Notes under the pieces: model-generated
Told to the model about the DNA's origin: nothing
Database searches by the model: none
Seen by the model: the letters and a program-made list of their open reading frames with translations, nothing else
IMG/VR virus record: IMGVR_UViG_3300028394_000045
Location: 32,001-96,000 of that record
Length of the DNA: 64,000 nucleotides
Source of the DNA: a virus
Reading direction: 5' to 3' (one strand)
Translations under genes and position numbers: made by a program
Part shown: piece after piece, positions 55,429 through 64,000 of the stretch
Numbering within the stretch: position 1 is the first letter of the stretch
Layout of the letters: each line of letters begins with the position of its first letter

Positions 55429-58400
55429 ATGGCAACAACAACTAGACAAACCGCAATCTTTGGAGTAGAGGACTGGAAACAGATCTACCAGACCTATCGC
55501 GAAGCTGACTTCCAAAGCTACGATTTTGAAACTCTGCGCAAAAGTTTTGTTGATTATCTGCGCCTGTACTATCCCGAAACATTCAACGACTACATTGAGT
55601 CTAGCGAGTTTATTGCTCTGCTGGACGTGATGGCATTCATGGGCCAAGCACTGGCTTTCCGTACCGATCTCAACACACGAGAAAACTATATAGACACGGC
55701 CGAGCGTAGAGATTCAGTGGTGCAGTTGGCAAATTTAGTCAGCTACACAGCCAAACGCAACACAGAAGCACAAGGTCTGCTCAAAGTATTTTCTGTTGTC
55801 ACAACAGAAAATGTCACAGATTACAATGGTGTTAATCTCAGCAACGTCACAGTGGATTGGTCAGATCCTACCAACCCCGACTGGCAAGAACAATTCACCA
55901 CTATCATCAATGCGGCACTGGTTGATACCCAACGTGTGGGACGTCCAGGAAATCGACAGACTATCTTGGGTGTGCGCACCGATGAATATGGCATCAATCT
56001 AGTACCGGGTTTCTTGCCGGTGATCCCTTATACTGCCACAGTGGATGGAATCAACATGCCCTTTGAAGCAATGACCAGCACTTCAATTGGTGAAAACTAT
56101 CTATACGAACCAAGCCCTAAACCCAGCCAGGCATTCAACATATTGTTCCGCAATGATCAGCTGGGATTCAACAGCAACAACACCGGTTATTTTTTTATGT
56201 TCAAGCAGGGCGTGCTACAGAATCAAGACTTCAACCTGCCCGAGCGTATTTCTAACCGTACTGTAAATATCAACATTGACGGTGTCAATCAAGAAGATCG
56301 TTGGTTGTTTCAATTGGATAATGTGGGCAACATCAACCGTGAATGGCAGTATCAGGAAAACATTTACTCGGCTGCCGCAGAACAGATTGGAACTAGCCTA
56401 CGTCCTATATTTGCCGTGACCAGCAGAGCCAATGATCAGATCACATTGGTGTTTGGCGACGGCGTATTCAGTGAAATACCAGTTGGTACATTCCGTTGCT
56501 ATGTCCGTGCATCCAATGGATTACAGTACATTATCAATCCTGAAGAAATGCAAGCAGTCAGCTTGCCTATCAGTTATATCAGTCGCAGTGGCAATCTTGA
56601 AACTGTAACTTTCACTTGTGGTATCACACAACCTGTGAGCAATAGTCAATCGCGCGAACCTATCGCTCAGATCAAACAACGTGCCCCGGCACAGTATTAC
56701 ACACAAAACAGAATGGTCAATGGCGAGGATTACAATCTCTTTCCATACACTCAGTATAACTCCATTCTCAAGAGCAAGGCAGTAAATCGTGCCAGCATCG
56801 GCACCAGCCGTTATCTTGATCTAGTGGATAACACCGGCAAATACAGTAGTACCAATACCTTTGGCAGCGACGGCGGTCTATGGGAACAAAATGTATTGCC
56901 TACCATACTATTCACATGGAATACCAGGAATGAAATCGCAGATGTCATAACAAATCAAGTGCAACCACAACTGCTTGCGCCCATTGTAAAGCAATTCTAC
57001 TATGCAAATTTTCCTCGTCAAGCGGTCAATACAGGAACCACAGCACTGAGCACTTGGCAACAAAGTACCACTCTGGCCAATCAAACCACTGGGTTCTTCC
57101 GTAACAGCACGGTCAGCAGCACTTGGCCCAGCGGCACACCCATACCAGTGGGCAATGTTGTGAGCATAACAAACCCATTTTACTTTGTGACACCAGGAGC
57201 ATTGATCAAATTCGTTTCACCCACTGGATACTATTTTGATCGTAACAATCGATTGGTACAAGGATCTCCCACTCGTTCAGATGAAACAGTAGAAATCTGG
57301 GCCAGCCCGTTACAGGTGCTTGGGGATGGGTACAATGGTGGATTGGGTAATCTTCCATCCGGTACAGGACCAATCACATTGAACAATTTTGTCCCTACCG
57401 GCGCTATTGTTGACAGCATCATTCCGTTGTTTGTGACAGACTTGCCATTGTCTCTGGAAACAGCCATCAGTGAGCAGATCGTGTTGTATCGCAATTTTGG
57501 ATTGGGATACGACAACGATGGATCTGTCACAGGAACTCCGTATTCGTGGTATCTGATCACCAGCACCAACTTGGATCAAGATGCTGCCTGGAGCCAAACA
57601 GTACCGGGCCTGGCTGGTAACACCAACGGGGTCAATACAGATGCCAGTTGGTTGATACAGTTTGTCACAGTGAATCAAAGCTACACAATTACTTTCCGTG
57701 GATTACAATACAATTTTGGATCTGTATTACAGACCCGATTCTTCTTTTATGATGGCCAACAAGTTTATGACAGCCGCACTGGCACAGTGATCAAGGATTA
57801 TGTCAATGTGTTGGCAGTCAATACACAACCAGATTCTACTGCACACTTACCTGGTGATATTCCAATGACCATCATCGGCCAACCAGTTGAAAGTGATGGA
57901 TACGTGGATGACTTCCAGGTACTGGTCAGCTATCGAGATTCTGACAGTGATGGTGTGCCGGACAATCCAGACTTCTTTACAGAAATAGTGGCTCCTGCCA
58001 CAAATGCAAATGAAAAATTAGTTTTCTTGCAGCAGACTGTGGATTTTGATAATTTGCAACGCTATCTGTTGGTAGAACAAGGACGAGTGAATTCAGACTA
58101 TGCCACTATAGATGATATTGAATTGGTCAAGAGTGAATGGTCTCCGGGCCAGGTATTTTATGCCTACAGCCAAGACACATTCTACGAACTCAGCATTTCG
58201 GTAACTGGAGTACGCACATTAGTTGAAGTATCAGGGTGGATAGCACGTACAGGACGCCAGAGCCTTTACTATCAGTATCGTCACAACTCACCATTAACCA
58301 ACAGGATAGATCCAGGCACTACCAATATCATTGATCTGTATGTGGTGCCCCAGGCCTATTACACCTCTTATCAAAATTGGATCAGAGATACTACTGGTAC

Positions 58401-58896
58401 AGTAGCACAACCTGATCTACCCACCATTGACGAACTGAACACAGCATACCAAGGGCTGCAGAATTACAAAATGATCAGCGACAACATTATCCTGAACCCG
58501 GTGATATTTAAACCAATGTTTGGTATGAAAGCAGCACCAGAACTTCGTGCTACCATCAAAGTTATTCGCGCTTCTAATAGCACAGCCAGCACCAGTGAGA
58601 TCAAGAGTTCAGTTGTGGCCGAGATGAATACTTACTTCAGCATTGACAAATGGAATTTTGGAGACACATTTTATTTCTCTGAGCTGGCAGCATATCTACA
58701 CCGTATGTTAGGAACCATCATCAGTTCAGTGGTATTGGTACCACTGAACTCACAGAAGTATTTTGGTGATTTATATGAGGTACGGTCGGCCCCCAATGAG
58801 TTGTTCGTTAATGCAGCAACCATTGACAATATTGAAGTGATTGAAGCACTTACCAGTACCAATCTGCGTACTGCACCAGGCAGCGGAGTAATTTAA
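55429..58896 (+). CDS. gp6: Baseplate wedge subunit (gp6-like)
   Basis: DFETLRKS..YL, FNDYIESS, REN.IDTAERRDSV..LA, FGDG and AP..Y.TQNRMV..EDY. Confidence 0.88.
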   Translation: MATTTRQTAIFGVEDWKQIYQTYREADFQSYDFETLRKSFVDYLRLYYPETFNDYIESSEFIALLDVMAFMGQALAFRTDLNTRENYIDTAERRDSVVQLANLVSYTAKRNTEAQGLLKVFSVVTTENVTDYNGVNLSNVTVDWSDPTNPDWQEQFTTIINAALVDTQRVGRPGNRQTILGVRTDEYGINLVPGFLPVIPYTATVDGINMPFEAMTSTSIGENYLYEPSPKPSQAFNILFRNDQLGFNSNNTGYFFMFKQGVLQNQDFNLPERISNRTVNINIDGVNQEDRWLFQLDNVGNINREWQYQENIYSAAAEQIGTSLRPIFAVTSRANDQITLVFGDGVFSEIPVGTFRCYVRASNGLQYIINPEEMQAVSLPISYISRSGNLETVTFTCGITQPVSNSQSREPIAQIKQRAPAQYYTQNRMVNGEDYNLFPYTQYNSILKSKAVNRASIGTSRYLDLVDNTGKYSSTNTFGSDGGLWEQNVLPTILFTWNTRNEIADVITNQVQPQLLAPIVKQFYYANFPRQAVNTGTTALSTWQQSTTLANQTTGFFRNSTVSSTWPSGTPIPVGNVVSITNPFYFVTPGALIKFVSPTGYYFDRNNRLVQGSPTRSDETVEIWASPLQVLGDGYNGGLGNLPSGTGPITLNNFVPTGAIVDSIIPLFVTDLPLSLETAISEQIVLYRNFGLGYDNDGSVTGTPYSWYLITSTNLDQDAAWSQTVPGLAGNTNGVNTDASWLIQFVTVNQSYTITFRGLQYNFGSVLQTRFFFYDGQQVYDSRTGTVIKDYVNVLAVNTQPDSTAHLPGDIPMTIIGQPVESDGYVDDFQVLVSYRDSDSDGVPDNPDFFTEIVAPATNANEKLVFLQQTVDFDNLQRYLLVEQGRVNSDYATIDDIELVKSEWSPGQVFYAYSQDTFYELSISVTGVRTLVEVSGWIARTGRQSLYYQYRHNSPLTNRIDPGTTNIIDLYVVPQAYYTSYQNWIRDTTGTVAQPDLPTIDELNTAYQGLQNYKMISDNIILNPVIFKPMFGMKAAPELRATIKVIRASNSTASTSEIKSSVVAEMNTYFSIDKWNFGDTFYFSELAAYLHRMLGTIISSVVLVPLNSQKYFGDLYEVRSAPNELFVNAATIDNIEVIEALTSTNLRTAPGSGVI

Positions 58897-61800
58897 TGGC
58901 CACTGTACGTTCGGTAGATTTACTCCCACAGATTTTTCAGACTGATACCAACAAGCAGTTTCTAGCTGCCACATTGGATCAACTCACACAAGAGCCAAAG
59001 TTCAAGCAAACACAAGGATACATCGGGCGAACAGTAGGTCCCGGTGTGAATCCCAATGACAATTATGTGGTAGAACCAGATGCTATCAGAACCGATTACC
59101 AACTTGAACCCGGCGTGGTCAGTTTGGTTCCTGATACAAACACTATTAAAAATGCCATCACCTATCCGGGCATCAATGATGCAGTGGGATTCAGTGGTGG
59201 CGATAGTGCTCGACCTGACCGACTGTATGAGAGTGAATACTACAGCTGGGATCCGTTTGTAGATTTTGATACCTTTGTGAATTTCAGCCAGTATTTCTGG
59301 CTGCCGGCCGGACCCGATGCAGTGGATGTACAAGCAGCCGCTATCCCCACCACTGACAACTTTGCAGTCACACGTGAAAATGGAGTCTACACATTCTCAG
59401 GAGTAACTGGCGACAATCCAGTGATCGATCTTGTGCGTGGTGGCAGCTATACATTCCAAATAGCACAGAACACTAAAGAAACTGTGAATTATCGTGTGGG
59501 CAATTCAGGAACGTCTGCATACCTATTGGATGGATTACGCAATCCCACTCTTACACTTGTGCGTGGTAACACCTATGTGTTTAATTTGGTATTTGTCGGA
59601 GACTTTCCATTCTGGATCAAGACAGCACCGGTCACAGGAGTGGGCGATGTGTATGATACTGGAGTCACAAGAAATGGTGCGGTAACTGGCCTGGTCACCT
59701 TCACTGTGCCACAAGACGCACCTAGCACACTGTATTATGCCAGCCAAACACAAATGAACATGCAAGGTACGCTAAACATCGTGGACGGCGTGCCAGGTAC
59801 AGGACCAGGATTTTGGATACAAGCCTTTCCTGGAGTGAATGGCAAAGATCCTAACAATCCAAATATCAGTTCAAGAGATGTGTTGGGAGTATCCGACAAT
59901 GGTACAGACCTTGGTACAGTGGTATTCAATGTGCCACAAAAAACTGCACAGAATTTTTATTATTCATTGACCCCGTTTGGAGTAAATTCTAATGGACTAG
60001 TGATCACTCCTGTAGATATAATTTGTGATCTCAAATTTGAACAGGTCAATAACCAACCGGTGGAGCAGTTCTTGGCCACATACGGCGGCATCGATGGCAC
60101 AGCCAATCTCAACGGCCGCACATTGGTATTCACTGAACCCGTGACTGATGCTGAAGCCGGTGGCTGGCAAGTGAATACGTTCTTTGATCCATTGACCGAG
60201 ACCAGTTCAAACAACGGATTAGTAGGCAGCTATGATACCACATTCTTCAGCCAGTCATCACCTGTGCCTCCTGAAGATCGTTATCAGCTGTGGCAGATCA
60301 ACTATGTGACTGTTGATCATTACACCTACATGACTTTGTCTAAGATCTCGGATATTCCGGTGCTGAACAAATTCACAGCAAGATATGGGATACAATACAG
60401 CAATACCCAATGGTATAAAACCGCAGCTGGTGTATTTGAACGCATTCCTTTGCTGACCGCTGCACAAGATATATTGTATTATCAAGACGGCACAGATCCG
60501 GAGATCTTTGGCCGTATCCGCTTGGTAGAACAAACAGCCAGCACCACTTTGTTTATTGATGCCATCTTGGGCCAGCCATCTTATACTAGCCCAAATGGTG
60601 TGGTCTTTACAAACGGACTCAAAGTAAAATTTGTTGGTGATGTGTCACCGGCCACTTATGGCTCGGGAACTTTTCCATTGGTGATTACTGCCGCTCAGCC
60701 AGGCAGCAATTATCTCACAACAGCATCCACAGCGGATCTGTATGTTGGAGAAAAGATAGTATTCAGTCAAAGCATTGGCGGCGTCTTGCCCGGAACATAC
60801 TATGTACAGAGCATAGCAGCTAATGGGATACAATTTAGCATCAGCACACAAAAAGGTGGTGGGGCATATCCATTGGATATCGGCAGTGGCAATGTCACTG
60901 CCACAGTGGTCAGCGATTTGGAATATTATGTAAGTGGAGTAGGAACTGCAATTGAGCTGTTACCCGTTGAAAACTTTGTGACTCCTGAATTGTATGTGGT
61001 TGATGCCAACGACAGCACAATCTATACAGAACCCGACACAACTGATTATCTTACTATTAATCGTGCTAGCTTGGATCGCAATGCATGGAGCCGTAGTAAT
61101 CGTTGGTTCCACACTGATGTGATTAATGCCACAGCAAAATACAATAATGCTGTGGCAACATTCGATAACAACTATAGAGCCAAACGTCCGATCATCCAGT
61201 TCCGTCCTGATATCAGACTATGGAACATGGGTACCGAAGGTAAAACCCCAGTTGATATAATTGATTTTGCTCAGACCGACGCATTCAGCAATATAGAAGG
61301 ATCCACTGGATATACCATTGATGGATACACATTGATTGACGGCAGTCGAGTGATATTTGCAGCAGACGAAGATCAAAGTGTCAGAAACAAGATATATGTT
61401 GTGTCATTTATTGTGCCAGACACTGTTGCTCCGCTGATCGCACAGCCTATTATCAATCTCACACCGGCGGAAGATGGTGAAGTATTGGCCGATCAATGTA
61501 CTGTATGTCTCAATGGCGTAACATCTGCTGGTGTGACTTTTTGGTTTGATGGCACCAACTGGATCGAAGCACAACAAAAAACCGCAGTACAACAGGCACC
61601 GTTGTTCAATGTATATAACACCTCTGGATACAGCTTTGGTGATCAGACGGTGTATCAAAGCTCAACATTTTCTGGCAGCAAGTTGTTCAGCTATGCAGTG
61701 GGCGATACTACTATAATAGATCCTATATTGCAGTTTCCTTTGCAATATCTCAATATCAACAACGTGGGTGATATTGTTTTTGTTAATAACTTATACAAAG

Positions 61801-64000
61801 ATACTTTCTTGTATGTAGTTGATAATGCCAGCGTGACACTTGACATCAGCTCAGGATCCGTGAGAGAGTATGACACTCGTGCAACTTATCAACGCCTAAT
61901 AGGATGGCAGACTGCTGCAACAAAAAGTCAAACATATCAGCAGTTTAAATTTACCTATACCGGTGCTACACTCAAGCTGGATGTCAAAGCCAACAGTTCA
62001 GTTAATAATACCCCGCCAATTAAAATATATGTAGGGTCAGTATTCCAGGAACCCGGTGTTTATAGCTATCTTACTACTGATACTAGCACAACAATCACAT
62101 TAAACAACACCTATATACCCGGTGATATCATTGAAGTGTTGGTGTTGAGTGATCAGACCAGCGCCACAGCATTTTATCAAGTGCCTATCAATCTGCAGAA
62201 CAATCCGTTGAATGGAAATAGTCCGGAATTTACACTGGGCACCATAAGAACACATTATGAAAGTATCTGTCAAAATCTGTTGACAGTTCAAGGGCCAGTG
62301 AATGGATCTAACAACACCAGAGATCTGGGCAATCTAGTTCCGTATGGATTGACTATATTGCAACAAAGTGCGCCAATGACATTGGCTGGCTATTTTTTAC
62401 GGTCACCGGACTACAATATCTTTGCTTCATTGAGTTTTGCTGCTAGAGAATATAACAAATACAAGTATCAGCTGTTGGATGCAGTGACACAACAAACTAT
62501 TGGTTTTGATACTATCTCGCAAATATTAGACACCGCAATACAAAATGTTACCCTGGGTCGCGTTGAAACACAGCCATTCTATTGGTCTGATATGTTACCG
62601 TCTGGTGCAGTTTATACAACCACTACCTATACCATTGGCTATACTGATACTGGCAGTTTTGATACAGTACAAGTTTATAATTATCGTTCAGCTAATTATT
62701 TGGGAATGAATGTATATCTAGGTGAGGCATTGCTCACAAGAGACCGTGACTATGTAGTGGCCACAGATGGTCCTCGTATAACTGTTCTAGTTGATCTGCC
62801 GTTGGGGAGCCAATTAGTTCTTCAAGAATACAGCGCCACCTATGGAAGTTTTGCTCCCAACACCCCGACTAAACTGGGATTGTATCCAGCATTTGTTCCA
62901 CAGGTTATTACTCAGCGAGCCAGCGGTGGTATGGTGCAGGTAACACAAGGTCATGATGGATCTATCACTCCGCTATTCAACGATATTCGCGACCAGGTAC
63001 TGCTGGAATTTGAAACCAGGATTTATAACAATCTCAAGCTAGATGGAAATCCGGTACCACTTACTATCGAAAATGTCTTACCAGGCCAGTTCCGTGACAC
63101 AGGATTCAGCTATTCTGAAATTACTAACATATTGAATCAAGATTTCTTGAGCTACGTGGGTGCTAACAAACTTGATTACCGCACACAAAATTTCCGTGCC
63201 GACAACAAATTTACTTGGAACTACAGTTCCGCACAGAACAAATTAAACAGCAAAGAAAATCTTCTAGGAGCCTGGCGCGGTATCAATCGTTATTTCTACG
63301 ACACCGAACAACCACAATATACTCCTTGGGAAATGTTGGGCTTCAGCAAGCAGCCGCTGTGGTGGGAAGGCAAATATGGTCCGGCACCATACACCGGCGA
63401 CAACTTGGTGTTGTGGGATGATTTGGCCGCTGGTTATGTTGCTGACCCAGTGGCGCCGTATTTCCGCCCAGAATATGCACGTCCAGCCAGTATAGGATCT
63501 GCTGACGAACCCCCACGTAGCGGTATTTGGGGACCGGGCCCGTATCCTTCCATGGCACCAGTTATTCCCACTGGTGATGAAGGGCAATTACTCAGCCCAT
63601 TCAACAGCACCATGGGAACTTATGCCAATGCTCAATTCCAGAAGAGTTGGGCACCGGGAGATGGCGGCCCAGTTGAAGCTTCGTTCTGGAACAGCTCTAG
63701 CTATCCATTTGCAGTGATGCATGTGCTGGCAGTGACTCGCACAGCCAAGTTTTTTGCATTGTTTGCTGATCGTGACTTGTATCGATACAATGTGGAATTT
63801 GGGCAGTATCTATTGAATGATCGATATCGTCTAGATGCCAATGGCATCGAAGTATATGGTAATGGAGTCAGCAAAGCCAGCTACATTGACTGGATAGTTG
63901 ATTACAATCGCCAAAGTGGTATTAATTCTACTGATGAGCTAACAGCTGATCTGGCCAGTCTTGACGTGAGATTGTGCTATCGCATGGCCAGTTTCTCAGA
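58896..64000 (+). CDS. Giant baseplate wedge-like/structural protein (>1700 aa); runs off the window end
   Basis: Not in the ORF track because it is unterminated. It starts at a TAATG overlap with gp6 (MATVRSVDLLPQIFQTDTNKQFL), and the same frame reads LDVRLCYRMASFS at the window end. Confidence 0.8.
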   Translation, partial: MATVRSVDLLPQIFQTDTNKQFLAATLDQLTQEPKFKQTQGYIGRTVGPGVNPNDNYVVEPDAIRTDYQLEPGVVSLVPDTNTIKNAITYPGINDAVGFSGGDSARPDRLYESEYYSWDPFVDFDTFVNFSQYFWLPAGPDAVDVQAAAIPTTDNFAVTRENGVYTFSGVTGDNPVIDLVRGGSYTFQIAQNTKETVNYRVGNSGTSAYLLDGLRNPTLTLVRGNTYVFNLVFVGDFPFWIKTAPVTGVGDVYDTGVTRNGAVTGLVTFTVPQDAPSTLYYASQTQMNMQGTLNIVDGVPGTGPGFWIQAFPGVNGKDPNNPNISSRDVLGVSDNGTDLGTVVFNVPQKTAQNFYYSLTPFGVNSNGLVITPVDIICDLKFEQVNNQPVEQFLATYGGIDGTANLNGRTLVFTEPVTDAEAGGWQVNTFFDPLTETSSNNGLVGSYDTTFFSQSSPVPPEDRYQLWQINYVTVDHYTYMTLSKISDIPVLNKFTARYGIQYSNTQWYKTAAGVFERIPLLTAAQDILYYQDGTDPEIFGRIRLVEQTASTTLFIDAILGQPSYTSPNGVVFTNGLKVKFVGDVSPATYGSGTFPLVITAAQPGSNYLTTASTADLYVGEKIVFSQSIGGVLPGTYYVQSIAANGIQFSISTQKGGGAYPLDIGSGNVTATVVSDLEYYVSGVGTAIELLPVENFVTPELYVVDANDSTIYTEPDTTDYLTINRASLDRNAWSRSNRWFHTDVINATAKYNNAVATFDNNYRAKRPIIQFRPDIRLWNMGTEGKTPVDIIDFAQTDAFSNIEGSTGYTIDGYTLIDGSRVIFAADEDQSVRNKIYVVSFIVPDTVAPLIAQPIINLTPAEDGEVLADQCTVCLNGVTSAGVTFWFDGTNWIEAQQKTAVQQAPLFNVYNTSGYSFGDQTVYQSSTFSGSKLFSYAVGDTTIIDPILQFPLQYLNINNVGDIVFVNNLYKDTFLYVVDNASVTLDISSGSVREYDTRATYQRLIGWQTAATKSQTYQQFKFTYTGATLKLDVKANSSVNNTPPIKIYVGSVFQEPGVYSYLTTDTSTTITLNNTYIPGDIIEVLVLSDQTSATAFYQVPINLQNNPLNGNSPEFTLGTIRTHYESICQNLLTVQGPVNGSNNTRDLGNLVPYGLTILQQSAPMTLAGYFLRSPDYNIFASLSFAAREYNKYKYQLLDAVTQQTIGFDTISQILDTAIQNVTLGRVETQPFYWSDMLPSGAVYTTTTYTIGYTDTGSFDTVQVYNYRSANYLGMNVYLGEALLTRDRDYVVATDGPRITVLVDLPLGSQLVLQEYSATYGSFAPNTPTKLGLYPAFVPQVITQRASGGMVQVTQGHDGSITPLFNDIRDQVLLEFETRIYNNLKLDGNPVPLTIENVLPGQFRDTGFSYSEITNILNQDFLSYVGANKLDYRTQNFRADNKFTWNYSSAQNKLNSKENLLGAWRGINRYFYDTEQPQYTPWEMLGFSKQPLWWEGKYGPAPYTGDNLVLWDDLAAGYVADPVAPYFRPEYARPASIGSADEPPRSGIWGPGPYPSMAPVIPTGDEGQLLSPFNSTMGTYANAQFQKSWAPGDGGPVEASFWNSSSYPFAVMHVLAVTRTAKFFALFADRDLYRYNVEFGQYLLNDRYRLDANGIEVYGNGVSKASYIDWIVDYNRQSGINSTDELTADLASLDVRLCYRMASFS

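Noticed and set aside
1-64000. Stop-codon reassignment (alternative genetic code)
   Set aside because: Core genes are intact in the standard code, and TAA, TGA and TAG all end genes. The apparent gap at 58896-64000 is a single unterminated ORF.

Overview
This window is 64 kb of a large T4-like myovirus genome read in the standard genetic code. It holds most of the virion morphogenesis region: tail sheath (partial), neck gp13/14/15, two very large repeat-rich fibres, head genes gp20-gp23, a tape-measure-like gene, and baseplate gp26/gp48-54/gp53/gp5/gp25/gp6 plus an unterminated giant wedge-like ORF. It also holds gp55 (late sigma factor), gp47 and gp46. Accessory enzyme genes sit between the core genes: two radical SAM proteins, two PLP enzymes, two paralogous sulfotransferase-like proteins, an SGNH protein, a TPR-glycosyltransferase, a Maf/GT29-like protein and an ATE/Bpt-like aminoacyl-transferase module. 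The signals beyond routine annotation are: (1) a ~390-nt densely structured non-coding RNA candidate directly behind a stand-alone GIY-YIG nuclease; (2) a recurring layout in which the late-promoter motif TAAATA lies in or at a hairpin whose 3' arm usually holds the downstream RBS or start codon; (3) an in-frame U_UUU_UUC -1 frameshift site that would fuse the gp26-like and gp51-like ORFs; (4) a cloverleaf 5' leader; (5) a possible fibre-glycosylation system. All protein calls come from motif recognition by eye; no database searches were run.
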